64,000 nt of DNA from Azolla caroliniana (GCA_043228905.1 JBHGNT010000013.1:372001-436000), one strand, 5' to 3'; shown: positions 11,956 through 25,100, numbered from the stretch's first letter. Translations and numbers: made by a program. Notes: generated by a model from the sequence alone, not told the origin.

Positions 11956-13998
11956 ATGACGAGACCAACGCACGACCTGATTACAGACCGAGCTCGACGC
12001 CTCGCCGAACGGCAAAGACGGCGTGAGACTTTCCAGCAAGCAGCGCACGAAATTCGCTCGGATCGTTCGTTCTCCAACGAGATCCGGAGAGTTGCGGAGG
12101 AATCTCTTCGGTTACAGCAAACTCGCGACCAGGACGACGGAAGCGGTCTAAGTAGTCTCCGGGAAACCAAACGCCTCCTCGAGGCGCTGGCAAGCGGAGA
12201 AAACGAGGCAGAAGCCTTTTCAGCCTACGAATCGGATTCCGAAGGGGGATACAGCGTGCACACGAACTACCGGAGCAGCAACGATACCCCCGGCGGCCCG
12301 GAGGACGACGGGTCGGATACCGTGCCGACTCCAGAACCGGAACCGTTCGACCAGGGCTATCCGGAACCGCAAACGGAAGCCGTCAACCCACCAACACCGG
12401 AAGTGGAAGAAGCCAAGCCACCGACACCAACGAAAGTGCCGGCGAAGGTACCGGAAGAAGAGCCGGTGAAGGAACCGGAAAATGAACCGGAAGTGGAACA
12501 GGAGAGAAAACCGGAAAGATATCGACAAACGCCACTAAACCGCGGCCTAATACTGGACGACGACATGCCGTTCCAATACTCAAAGTATCGCGATGATCCG
12601 GACGCGGAAGCGCATGTTCATGCCTTCGAGCAGACATGGGAAGCAAATCACGCGTCCCAGCGATTGACACCGGAGGAAGAAGAACGCTCGAAGATAGCGG
12701 AATTCGGGGTCACGTTGGAAGGACCAGCGGCACGATGGCGGCGGACGCAGGACCCGGCGACCATCACAACCTTTGCAGAATTAAAAGCAAAATTCTTGCA
12801 TTTTTTCCACAAGGAGGTCGACCAGACGACAATGGTGGGCCTGTTTTATACGATCCGACAGGAGGCAGGGGAAAGCATTCCCCAATTCGTCATCCGTTTC
12901 CAACGAATGCATAGCCAGCTTGCCCGTGCACCCCCGGAGGAGGAATTACGGACGATATTTTTAAACGCACTCCGGGAACCGTTACGCACGGTGTGTACGG
13001 TGATCGACTTTCGAGAAAGCACCATTGACCAGGTCATTGACCGGGTCAGAGAAATGGAAAAGTCAAGCTCATGGCTTACACTAGGAGCACTGCAACGGGC
13101 GTTACCCACCGATGAAGATCTCCGGTTCCGGCAGGCAATTCAATGCACAATCTGCTTGAATGCCGGACACTCGGCAGTGGAGTGCACCATGCGAACCCAG
13201 TGTGTGATTTGTCAATCCAAGAGTCATACAACGGACCGGTGCGAGTATAACCTACTAAACCGACAAGCACCACCCGTCCGACGGATCGAGCCAAGAAGCA
13301 GCCGAGACGAAGATGAAGATCGTTGGCAAAGAATGAACCGGTACCGACCGGCACAGGATGTCCGGTACGGAGACAGACAAGAGAATGATGGCCAGTACAG
13401 GGATCGGCATGATAACTACGACCGGTATGAGCGATCGGACCGTTATCGGGAGTCCAACAGACGACACGAGCAATACGACAGAGACCATTGCCCTGGTTAC
13501 CGAAGGCACCAGGAGGACTACGGCCGATTTTACGATCCACCACGACAGGACTACCGAAATAAAAATAAGAATAATAAGAAACATAATTTCAAGAAAGGTG
13601 GTCCCCCTAGGGACCCGGAACATGGAACCCCAAGGAGCCAACCGGCACAGAGCGCACCACTCACTACGGGACCGACTCCGGCTACCAGCAATGCTGAATC
13701 CAGCAATACCCGTAAAGAGTACTGCTACTACTGCAGGCAGGAAGGCCACTACAATAACCAGTGCCCGGCAAAGAGCTACGATAAACGACCAGCAGTTAAT
13801 ATGGTGGTTCCGGAAGTGGCGGATGTACAGCAAGTAACCACACGGTCGAAAGGCATGGCCAAAGAGTGGGAAACACAAGAGGCCATACGAAAACAGGCGA
13901 CGGAATGGGTGAAGGAAGCCAATGAAAGGAACGTCGCGGACGCGGAACGGCAAAAGGCGAATACCATAGGGAGTGCTGGCAAAAGGCGAATACCATAG
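11956..13998 (+). CDS. gag: gag of Y1 (capsid, CCHC zinc knuckles)
   Basis: 680-aa ORF with CTIC...HSAVEC, CVIC...HTTDRC and CYYCRQEGHYNNQC; near-identical to 37790-39790. Confidence 0.85.
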   Translation: MTRPTHDLITDRARRLAERQRRRETFQQAAHEIRSDRSFSNEIRRVAEESLRLQQTRDQDDGSGLSSLRETKRLLEALASGENEAEAFSAYESDSEGGYSVHTNYRSSNDTPGGPEDDGSDTVPTPEPEPFDQGYPEPQTEAVNPPTPEVEEAKPPTPTKVPAKVPEEEPVKEPENEPEVEQERKPERYRQTPLNRGLILDDDMPFQYSKYRDDPDAEAHVHAFEQTWEANHASQRLTPEEEERSKIAEFGVTLEGPAARWRRTQDPATITTFAELKAKFLHFFHKEVDQTTMVGLFYTIRQEAGESIPQFVIRFQRMHSQLARAPPEEELRTIFLNALREPLRTVCTVIDFRESTIDQVIDRVREMEKSSSWLTLGALQRALPTDEDLRFRQAIQCTICLNAGHSAVECTMRTQCVICQSKSHTTDRCEYNLLNRQAPPVRRIEPRSSRDEDEDRWQRMNRYRPAQDVRYGDRQENDGQYRDRHDNYDRYERSDRYRESNRRHEQYDRDHCPGYRRHQEDYGRFYDPPRQDYRNKNKNNKKHNFKKGGPPRDPEHGTPRSQPAQSAPLTTGPTPATSNAESSNTRKEYCYYCRQEGHYNNQCPAKSYDKRPAVNMVVPEVADVQQVTTRSKGMAKEWETQEAIRKQATEWVKEANERNVADAERQKANTIGSAGKRRIP

Positions 13999-14058
13999 GA
14001 AACCGAAGCCGAACCAGACAAAGATTCGATTCGGGAAATACGGCAAGCACAGCAAGCG

Positions 14059-16009
14059 TTGGAACGGGAAATGGCCGTTTCCCAACGGGTAAAAACATCC
14101 CAGCTCGACGAAGTGAACCTAGGAAGCAAGGACGAATCAAAGCCGGTACACATCGCCAAAGAAATGAAGCCGGAAGATAAAGCGGCGATGATCAAACTTC
14201 TCACGGAGTTTTGCGACGTATTCGCCTGGTCATACGAAGACATACGAGGGCTGGACCCTCAATTATATCAGCATCAGATCCACTTAGGCAAGGACGCGAA
14301 ACCATTGGCGCAAAGACGTTACCGAATGAACCCCAACTACGCCGCCAAAGTGAAGGAGGAAATCGACAAACTCCTAAGAGTGGGCTTCATCCGGCTGGTA
14401 AAGAAAGCGACGTGGCTGAGCCCCATCGTCGTCGTCCCAAAGAAGAACGGTAAAATCCGCGTGTGTGTAGATTACAGGAAACTAAATGCAGCCACAATTA
14501 CGGATGCATTCCCTCTTCCGTTCACGGATGGAGTACTGGATGCCGTCGCCGGCCATGAAGTTTATAGCTTTTTAGATGGGTTCAGCGGATACAATCAAAT
14601 CTGGATGCACCCTGACGACCAGGAGAAGACAGCGTTCGTAACCGAATGGGGAGTGTTTGTGGCCGTAGTAATGATGTTCGGACTAAAAACGGCACCAGCA
14701 ACTTTCCAGCGAATCATCATGGAGATCTTCGGCGAATACATTCCAGCCTTCATGCAGTTTTCCTGGATGACTTTGCAGTCTATAGCCGGGAAAAAGACCA
14801 TTTGCAGCACCTACGGTTATGCCTTGAAAAGTGTAGGTTATACCGGCTAAGCTTAAACCCAGCAAAATGCATCTTTGGGGTTTCAAGTGGAATCTTACTG
14901 GGACACATTGTAAGTAAGGAGGGCATTGCGGTCGACCCGGACAAAGTAAACGCGATACTAGGGGCACCGGCGCCGAAAACGGCCAAAGCACTAAGCCGAT
15001 TCTTAGGACAGATCCGGTGGCACAGCCGGATGCTCCGTCACTTGGCTGACTTGGCTACACCATTACACACCGCGGTACATCGGACACCGTTCCAATGGAC
15101 GGATACGGAGGATAAGGCATACAATGCCCTGAAGGTACTTTTGTCGCAAGCACCCGTCGTGCAGCCTCCGGATTGGAGCAAGGAATTTCATGTGTTCGTT
15201 GACGCTTCCGACATCGCTATCGGCAGCGCCTTAATGCAACTTACGGAGCCCAAATGGTACCGGCCGGTATATTACGCGAGCCGGAAGCTGTCCCAAGCGG
15301 AGAAGAACTATTCGACGACGGAACGGGAGGCCCTGGGCATGATCTACAGTGTAACAAAGTTTCGTCATTACCTATTGGGAAGGAAGTTCTCCTTTCATGT
15401 GGATCACTCGGCGCTCTTGTACTTAGTGTCCAAGGCGTCCCTGACCGGTAAGTTGGCCCGTTGGACCTTGCTGTTGCAGGACACGGTGGTATCAGAAGAT
15501 AGGTGGCTGACAAACATGCACCAGTTCCTAAGCACGGGCCTGCCACCGGAGGAAATGAACCGGGACGAGAGGAAACGACTGGCGGTGCAGAGCCGCAATT
15601 TCTGTCTGTTACGGGACACTCTCTACCACAAGGGAGCAGATGGAATATGGAGATGGGCAATCCGTAATTACGAGAAACAAGTAATCTTACGGGAAGCACA
15701 CTTTGGGGTTGCCGGAGGACACTATGCCGGGGAAGCGACGGCAAGGAAAGTATGGCAGAGCGGCTTATGGTGGCCCACGACGTTAAAAGACGCCGTCAAG
15801 TATGCTAAGGAATGTGACGTATGCCAACGAATGGGCCAGCCTACGGAGCAAGCACGGATGCCACACCAACCGGTACTTCCACTAGAGCCATTCCAGAAGT
15901 GGGGGTTGGATTTTGTCGGACCGTTCAAGCCACCGGCAATGAGAACGGGTAATCGTTATGTCATCGTGGCAACAGATTATTGCACTAAATGGGTGGAGGC
16001 TCAGGCCTT
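14059..16009 (+). pseudogene. pol: pol of Y1: RT, RNase H, partial integrase; protease deleted, frameshifted
   Basis: [34 protein letters not shown]; deletions relative to Y2. Confidence 0.9.
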
Positions 16010-19000
16010 CCTCGGCATAGGATTATGACTCAACGAATACACCGACTTACGTAGGTTACACGATTAGAGCGCTTTTGTTAATTACACGCGTAAGATATAA
16101 CAGTAATTACAGAACGGAAATCAACACAGAAGTATAAACACCATACGCTCTATTAATTATCCGCTGCAATTACAATGGGGTCCGGGCCTTTAAATAGGTT
16201 TCCGGCCCGTACTACAAAACGGTGCCTATCGCACCTATTCGGGATCCGTCCGGATCTGGAATGGCATACCGTTTCCAGTCCGTCCGTCCACACTATGCTT
16301 ATTTACAACCATACTTAATTAATTCCTTCACTTCGTATTTTGGACTCCTTGTCGGCCGGTAACAGTCCAATCAGTCCACTTAAACAGAGTGAAATCGGAC
16401 TCTCTTCGCGGGTCTCGATTTTGGGCTCATCTGGAGGCTTCTCGGCCTCGCTGACCTCATCGTCAGAGTTCGGATTGGAGTCGGGGTTCGGAGTCGGGGG
16501 CTGGTACCAGGATGCGGACTCATCAAACACAACGTCGCGGCTAACACGCGCTTGTTTGGTGCGAGGGTTATAGCACTTATAACCCTTCTGCTCGTCTGAG
16601 TAACCGTCCAAGATGCATTTCTCGGCCTTTGCGTCCAGCTTCCTCCTTTTCTCCTTCAGTACATGCACATACGCAATGCTACCGAACATCCTCAAGTGTC
16701 GCAAGTTCGGCTTCGTTCCGAAATATAGCTCGTGCGCCGACACTTTGTCTCCGATTCGGTTCTGGATGTATACTGCAGTCCTTACCGCCTCAGCCCAATA
16801 GAACTTGGGCAAGCTCTTCTCGTCCAACATTGCCTGTGCCGCTTCCACAACTGACCGATTCTGCCTCTCGGCCACGCCGTTCTGCTCCGGTGTGTATCTA
16901 CAACTGAATTCGTGTTGAATTCCCATTTGTTGTAGATAACCGTTGAATTGACCTGAAAAGTACTCTTTCCCGCCATCCGACCGTAGGCACTTGATCTTTC
17001 GTCCCGTTTTTGTTTCCACGAACCCTTTGAGGTCCCGGAAACAGTCGAAGACATCGCTCTTCCTCTCAATGAGGTAGATCCACGTGTGCCGCGTGTGGTC
17101 GTCGATGAAGGAGACAATATATCGTCTCCCCCCAAGACTAACATTTTGTGTTGGCCCCCATACATCGGAGTGTATAAGGTCGAGCTTGTTCCGGCTCCGG
17201 TTTGGCTCGTTGGGGAAAGGATGTCGATGTTGCTTCCTGAGCTGGCAGGCTTCACAAATTTGTGCCTTTCGGCCACTAAATTTGGGCAAACCGAACACTA
17301 CCTGTTTCGATTGCAGATCTTGAAGCCGCTGGTAGCTGATGTGGCCTATCTACTTGTGCCACAAGTCGATGTCCGACTTGGATTTTTGTCCCTTCGTGAA
17401 CATTGCGGTGCCGCCGTCAGTGGAGTCGAGGATGAACATCCTCCCATCTCAGCGCCCTTGCACAATCACACGGCCTTCTTCCTCAATGAAGCACCCGAGG
17501 TGTGTAAACCGAACCTGCATCCCTTGGTCGACGATCTGTCCGACCGAGACCAAGTTCTTCGTGATTGTCGGAACGTGCAACACATTCATGAGTTTCCCTT
17601 TCTGCCCGACATGGCTAAGGGGAACTTCTCCGACATTCGCGATCGGATGAGGAGTGTCGTCTCCAGTTGCGACTACTCCAGGTTGTATCGGTTTTTCAAG
17701 GTACGAGAACCACTCCTTATAGCTCGTCATGTGGTTTGACGCGCCGAGGTCTACGTACCGCACCTCGTTCGTTCTCAGGGTGGTCTGTTTCATTGAGATT
17801 GCTTCGTGTCTCGTCACGAAGGCAGACCCTTCTCCAGCCCTCCCGGAGTCTTCGGCGTAGTGCGATCGCTGCCGATTTCCATTGTCGATATGTCCGGAGC
17901 CGTTTCCGGAACCGGTTCTCTCCGAATCGGCGCGCTTCTTCCAGCACTCACTTTACTTGTGGCCTTTCTTGCCACAGTACCAGCACTCTACGATGGCCTT
18001 TCCTTGCCGGTTCGCATCGCTTCGACTCCCCCTGTTTCCGGAGGGTCCGACGTTGCTGTCGGCATCACTTCGGTGCCTTCTTCCTTGATCTCGTCAGCCG
18101 CCTCCATTGAGTGCCGACTCGCCTCGTCCTCCACGTTCACGCGGCCTATCTCCCTCCGTGTACAGCATTCTGTTGTCGATGTGCGTGCTTGTAGACGCAC
18201 CCGTGTGGTTCTCCTCTACCAGGAGCATTGACTGTAAGTCGAAAAAGGATGGCGTATTCTCCCGAGTACACACAGCCGTTCGGAACGCTCCGAACTTCGA
18301 CGCCAAACCTCCGAGACAGATCTGGACCATCTCGCTCTCCTCGATGTTCACCTCTATGGAGGCGAGGGAGTCGCAGATATCCTTGATCTTCGAGCTATAG
18401 TCTGCTACTGACAAGTCGCGTTGTCGTAGGTTGCTCAACTCCTGTCGGAGCTGAAGGTTCCTGGCTGTGCTGCTCGCGGCGAAGATCTTCTTCAGATTTT
18501 CCCACGCATCCTTTGGCGTCTTTGCATCCCGAACATAGCTCAATAGTTGTTCGCCCACACACGACGCGAAGCAGTATAATACCCTGTTCGCCGATTGCTC
18601 CCACGACGGGAAGTCTTTGTGTGTCGGTTCGGGTGCCGCGTCATTAGCTCCTTCCACATAACTCCAGTAGCCGTGCCCGAGCAGGTACTGGTGCATCTTG
18701 TAGGACCAAGACGTGTAGTTGGTTCTGTCGAGCTTCTCTGTTGCAAGCGAGGTCGCCATGCCTCTATCCATCGTTCTTCTTGTTCTTCTTCGTCAAGCTA
18801 TGTCGGCTACGGAGAGGTTCTCAACCCTCGCGCTCTGATACCATGTAAAAAGTAGCGTGCAGAAGCAAGTATGGAGACCGAACAGAAGGAAGAAAGCTCA
18901 GGTTTAATGGAGAGCTTGAGCTTACGCAGTATACGCGGGAGAGACAGAGAGAGTGAGAGAGAGAAAAAAACAGAACTATATTCAACACTCTGTACATATG

Positions 19001-19891
19001 TGTGTTAAATGAACACTTTTATACAAGTCCTAGGACTGACAGAAGTACTGACAGTACTTCAATGCTCATTAAGAGCTCCTAGACTAACTCCCAAATATAT
19101 TCCTGACGGAATATCTTTCCTAACGGCCTCTCGGTTTACGCACCGATCCGGCCCTACCTACGCACCGGTCTGCGTACCGGTTTATGCATTTGGCCTAACC
19201 GATCGTTCCCAACCGATCCGGTCCTCGGCTTCTTCAGCCGATCCGGCCGATGTTGACCTTGTCTCTCAACAATTAGTCCCTCGCTGCCCTCTGGCAAGGG
19301 TGACGCGACTAGCCTCACCTTCCGGTCCACAATCTTGTACCTCATATCCATGCAAGCTATCTAATCCAACCCTACCCTTTCCCCGAAGTCAGCAATGACT
19401 TCGTACATTTCCACCGAATTTACCGGAATCACCTGGTCTTCATTGAGGCATTCATCGATCACCTTTCCCATTTCCCCAAGGTGTCGTCGAAAGAGACTAC
19501 CTCCATGGCGCTTGCCCAGTGCAACTTCGAATAGTGTCTCTCCACCAACTCATCTTCCAAGGCCGCGTCCTCCAGGTGCGTCGTTCGCACCTCCACCGGC
19601 TTCTCGAGTGCCCTTTACACTTCACCAAGTCCACGATGGAATCTTGGAACTCCTTCTTGGCAATCCCAAGCATTTCCCTCAGCTACAACTCCACCTTGTT
19701 GTCAAGAATCCGCTCCTTGAGGACCTTCCGTAGGTCCGTCTTCCTTTCGATTTCGATGCCCAACCGGTAACCGGTCGGCCTTGCTTTGTCTGCCATGTCG
19801 GGATTGTCGGCTTCATTCCTCTTCGGCCCGAACCGGGTCTCATACCGATTCGGGTCCGTGGTCCCACCAGCCTTCCCTGCCCTCTTATCAT

Positions 19892-20637
19892 TGTTACCCG
19901 GACCCGGACAGTCAGTTTTACCGAACAAGTGGGAAAGCGTCGAAAACGGAGTCAGTTCGGATCGACTGTTCGGATCGATGACTCAGCAGTGAACGAAGAG
20001 AACTAAGTTAGTTAGATAATTTTGTAATTCTTGATAGTAAGTAGGAATAGTTCTTGATGAGAAAAGACCTTCGGTATACCTATAAAAGGGAACCGAAGGC
20101 ATTGTAAGAAAGGTCGTTTATTTAGTAATATAAGTTTAAGTTAGGAATATCATGTACGGATTCTGTTTTCTTTCTATTGTCTATTTGTTAAGTGCAATCT
20201 TCCTAATTTATAACTAAGTAACGATCACGGTAATTACCGATTAATATAGTATATTTCTGTTCGTAAAACACAATTCCTTGGTAGAACATTGAGTAGCGAC
20301 GTTCACTCTTCTGTATCAGTAGTAGTTAGTAATTAGCTGATTAACACAGAAGAAATTTGGCACGCCCGGTGGGACTCGAACGCACAATCCCTTGATTAGA
20401 AAGGTCGTTTATTTAGTAATATAAGTTTAAGTTAGGAATATCATGTACGGATTCTGTGTTCTTTCTATTGTCTATTTGTTAAGTGCAATCTTCCTAATTT
20501 ATAACTAAGTAACGATCACGGTAATTACCGATTAATATAGTATATTTCTGTTCGTAAAACACAATTCCTTGGTAGAACGTTGAGTAGCGACGTTCACTCT
20601 TCTGTATCGGTAGTAGTTAGTAATTAGCCGATTAACA
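19892..20637 (+). mobile_element. Aberrant V-family LTR insertion: LTR + spacer + tRNA cDNA + R-U5
   Basis: LTR 19892-20346 matches 61315-61770. 20398-20637 repeats 20107-20346. TSD ATCAT (19887-19891 / 20638-20642). Confidence 0.9.
20358..20400 (-). tRNA. Reverse-transcribed 3' half of mature tRNA-Arg(UCU) including CCA (fragment, not a gene)
   Basis: Minus strand TCTAATCAAGGGATTGTGCGTTCGAGTCCCACCGGGCGTGCCA = anticodon TCT, variable loop, T-arm GTTCGA, acceptor strand, CCA. Confidence 0.85.
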
Positions 20638-22149
20638 ATCATCCACTAGAACTTCGTAGTTCTGGCACGCGGCTTCCACAAAGCCGATCTTCTCCTGTAC
20701 CGAGTCGTCCCACCCGGTGACCTCTCGGACCCGCTGCTCCGCGCGGTCCACTTCTTCCCTCTTTAGTTGTGCGCCAGAGAGGCCTTCTAGCACCAAGGGC
20801 CAGAAGCCGGATCCTTTTGTTTTCTAGTCTTCATTACCTCCTACCCGGATTCCGGTCGATGCCGAATAATGGACGGCTTCTGCATGTCGTGCCTCCGCTT
20901 CTTCCATTAACCGCTTCATTCCGCCACACCCAAAATTTGTTTCCAAGGCCCTCCGGGTATCACCGGCGTGCACCCGTCCGTTCCACAGGTATACCACATT
21001 ACCCCTGAGGGCCTCAGCGAACTCCATGTAGTCTTGCCAACTGTGTCTAACCACGTCGCACCACATACACCGTTGTCCAATTGGTGGTCTCCTGTCATGT
21101 GGTTGCCCTCCACTATCTCTCCGGGCCTATGTGATCTACAAGTCGCGCACCATTTGTATCAGCTCCTCAAGAGCCACTCCTCCGGATGGGCCCTTGACCA
21201 CGCCGGTCGATGCCGAGCCCGTCTCAAGCCAAACTTGGGTTCCCTCTTTTCGTGTTGGCGAAGGCTCATCGAAGTTCTTTGCCGGGACGGGTCTCGCCAC
21301 CGACGATCCCTCGCTCCCCCACTCACGTCGTTTGTCAAAACGACCGCAGACTCTCTTCACCACGGCCCAGTCAGTCATCAGCCCGTCATCCGTCTCCAGC
21401 AGGAGACCTACCTGATCCTGATCCCGCATATCCACCGCTTTGACAAACAAGAGGACCCAACTTGTGTCTAGCACGGTCCTGTCCAATGTCAAGAGCCGTG
21501 TGTTGTCCAGAGGACAGAAATGTAAAATTAGAAAATTAGCAAACGCCGAGTCCGAGTATCACGGGCCACCGATGGCTCGGCTGTGTATTAGGGGAAACGT
21601 TATTTAAACGAGGACCAGTACCTCAGAGCGAGAGAGAAGAAAAATATAGGCGGAAGCACTAGCTTAGTACATCGTAACTAGATAATCCAGTAAGGTCACC
21701 GACCGTAGGCCGTGTTCTGTAATCCTTTTTCTGTCGCAGTAATATATCTGATTTGTGCCCATTTTGCTCCATGTGTCTGTGCTTTGGTTCATACCTATGA
21801 TTTCAGCGCCGCCCACGCCTATCAAGATCACGCTAGTGTTTTATCTTTGATCATTTTCTCCCTCACGACGCCTCTGTTACGAGCCTTCACGTACCACACC
21901 CTTGAATACCGATAATCGCAGATCTATCGAAGGTGTTCACCCAAAGGAACGGGTAACACAATTTGGCACGCCCGGTTACAGTTGTGAGTGCACAACGAAC
22001 TTTGTTGAAGGTAACCACCAGCCGCCGTTACGGCGCCCTCTCGCACCACGAGGTCTCGGCCACCTGCCCGACGGCCTGAGCCAATCGAAGGAACTTCCGA
22101 CTCGGCGGTCACTGACAAATCCTTTCCCGAGCAATCGGAGGCTTCCCCA

Positions 22150-25100
22150 GTGCAATCCTCGCCACCGAACACTCGATCGCGAGTTGATTCACAACCAAAA
22201 CCCCCACCGAGCCCTCCGGAGGTCAATCAACCGGAACTAAACCCTTTTCCGGTGCTACCAAAAGACCCAGAGTACAACATCATGCCGTACCCATACCCAC
22301 GATACACCGATGGACCAGACGCGGAGTCACACATCCGTGCCTTCATATCCACGTGGCAGGCCAACCACTCAACGCACCGCCTCACGCCGGCCGGAATCGA
22401 TGCCTCGAAGATTGTCGAGTTCACACTCTCCCTCGATGGACCGGCCGCACGATGGTACTCTCGCCTCGAAATAGGAGAGGCCACCACTTTCCAAATCCTG
22501 TGCACAAAGTTCCTTCAACTTTTTCATCGCGAGGTGCCTAAACGGGAACTGCTCCGGCAATTCTTCTCTATATGCCAGGAACCGCACGAAACGGTCGCGC
22601 AGTTCACGATCCGGTTCCAGGATCTCAATAGACAAGTGGCCGATGATGTCTCGGCACAACATATACCGGACACTTTCCTATCTAGTTTACGAGAGCCTCT
22701 CTGAACGACTCTCGCACTTACAAATTTCACCAACCATACTATCGAACAAGTCATAGCGTGGTTTCTCGCCCTCGATCGGACCCAGCACGACACGGCCTTC
22801 TCGATGACATCCTTACAAAATGCTCTTCCCCAAGAGGACAATCGCTTTCGCGAAGCTCTCCAATGCACGGCGTATTCAGGATCAGGGCACCTGGCCCTCG
22901 AATGTCCCCACCAACCACAGTGTCCGATCTATCAGTATCGAGCTCACACTGTCGAGCAGTGCGAATATAATATGCTGAACCGCATAACGGCGGCACCGGT
23001 CTGCCAGATCGAGCCACGAAATACATACTCTCGGCAGGACGAGCGATATGTCTACCGAGACCAGGATAACGACCGACCGCGATCCCCGGATCGACGGCGC
23101 CGAGACGACGACTACCGACGTGATGACCGCCGTGATCACTATCGCGATGACTGGCACGACGATTATGCTCGATATGATGACGATCGCGATGACCGGTATG
23201 ACCGACGGAACTCACGCATTGATCGGCGAAACGGCAACCGCAACACACGCAACAATAGAAGACCTAACGACAACTGCCGACGGGACGCTCCTCAACATGA
23301 CCAGCGCAACTCCAACGCACCTCGTAACAACCCACCACCAAACGAGACTGGGAATCAACAGCAACAACTTCCACACACAGACCGAGCAGACACCAGCAGC
23401 TCGGCCAATGTTACATGTTTTAAATGTAACCAACCCGGCCACTTCGCCACGCAATGTCCAACAACTGACCGTGGCAAGGCACCCGCGGTGAATAGTATCA
23501 TGGCCGATGTTCAAATTGTCACTACCCGGAGTAAAGCGCAGACTACACAGTGGCAAATCCAGGATGAAGTCCGTCAGGCAGCAAAAGAATGGATCGACAC
23601 GGCCAATAAAAATAATGTCGTGCGCATGCAAACTGACATGAGAGACGGGCCCAGTGAAGCACCACAAACCTCGGTACCATCCACGTCATCGGAGGATGAC
23701 CAGCTAACTCCCGCATCTCGCTGCCCCTACATAAACTGTTACCACTCATGCCGAGATTTCGGGATACCCTGGCGGCACTCTAGGCGAATACTAAGCCTGT
23801 GACACCACCGGTACACCTCACCGAAGCAGGAACCGGTCCACCACTCATGGATTCTCAGAACCTAGCCGTGCGAATCATCATTAAGGGACAAGACCTGCAC
23901 GGATGCATCATCGACAGTGGATCCGGCGTAAACGTTATTAGCGAGTCAACGTGTCACAACCTCGGCCTGAATCAATGGGAACCATGCCCCTTTTGGCTTC
24001 GGATGGCTGACACCCACTCCGTTCGCCCCATTGGTTTAATCCGCCATCTCGACTTCACACTCGGAGGCCACATGTTCACGATCTCGGCCGTCGTGCTAAG
24101 ACTGGAGACACAAGGCGCCTACCCAATGTTACTAGGTCGACCATGGTTGCGTACAACGAATATCAAGTAACATTGGCAACGCAACATGATCTCGTTCCGA
24201 AGAGGCAAGACAAAAGTCTGAATCATCACTGACGAACAAGTCCCCGTCGCCCTCAACACTTCACCGTTATACGCGGAAGGGGTCCATATGCTTGACGGTT
24301 TGGCCAATGAGGAGGTCGATTACTTCCTAGATGATCATCCCACGATCATCCCTCTCTTCAAAATCAATGCCTTACCAACCATCGAGCCACCTAAAGACGA
24401 GGAAGTCACGGAGGAATCACCACCCCAAGATGAACCAGATCCAACCATAGTTGCCGAGCTACGCCATGCTCGGGAGGCTTTCGAACGCGAACTCACCATT
24501 TCACAACGAGTCAAAGCATCAACCCTGGAAACAATAAACCTCGGCTCGGACGAGAATCCCCATACGTTACAAATTGCCAATAATCTACCAACCGAAGAAC
24601 GGGCATGCCTCGTACGATTGCTCACCGACTACCAGGATGTTTTCGCTTGGTCTTACACCGATATGAAGGGGCTGGATCCTCAATACTACCAACATCAAAT
24701 TCACATCTTACCCGACACTCGGCCGATTCAGCAGAGGCGCTACAGGATTAACCCCAACTACGCCGCTAAAGTCAAAGAGGAAATCGACAAACTACTCCGA
24801 GTGGGCTTCATTCGCCCTGTTAAACGGGCCACGTGGTTGAGCCCAATCGTAGTGGTCCCAAAGAAGAACGGAAAAATCCGCGTCTGCGTCGACTATCGGA
24901 AGCTTAACGCTGCAACAGCCATTGACGGTTTCCCTCTCCCATTCACGGACAACGTCCTCGACACGGTAGCCGGCCACGAATGCTACAGTTTCCTCGACGG
25001 GTTCAGTGGCTATAACCAGATAAGAATGCACCCAGAGGATCAGGAGAAAACCGCTTTCGTCACAGAATGGCGTGTTTTTGTAGCAGAAGTAATGATGTTC

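Larger units (their letters stand above)
11484..16364 (+). mobile_element. Ty3/gypsy element Y1 with an inverted right LTR
   Basis: LTR 11484-11902, PBS TGGCGACCAC, gag 11956-13998, RT/RH/INT pieces 14059-16009. 16013-16364 is the reverse complement of 11484-11835. TSD GTCCA (11479-11483 / 16365-16369). Confidence 0.92.
10851..19271 (-). mobile_element. Ty1/copia element B (same family as A), 3'-truncated and interrupted by gypsy Y1
   Basis: LTR 18844-19271, PBS 18832-18843, gag 18094-18771, integrase 16365-17298. RT N-terminus RYKARLVAKGYAQ...ETFAPVAKMTTIR lies in 10851-11483. Confidence 0.92.
19272..21500 (-). pseudogene. gag: Degenerate gag of element X (middle part), split by the V-family insertion
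   Basis: LLFVKAVDMRD...DWAVVKRVC and DLRKVLKERILDNKVEL match the X' gag. The frame is continuous across both TSDs (FARLLTLDR; VDDKRAG). Confidence 0.8.

Noticed and set aside
20358-20400. Functional tRNA gene
   Set aside because: The 5' half is missing and CCA is encoded; it is a cDNA copy of the primer.
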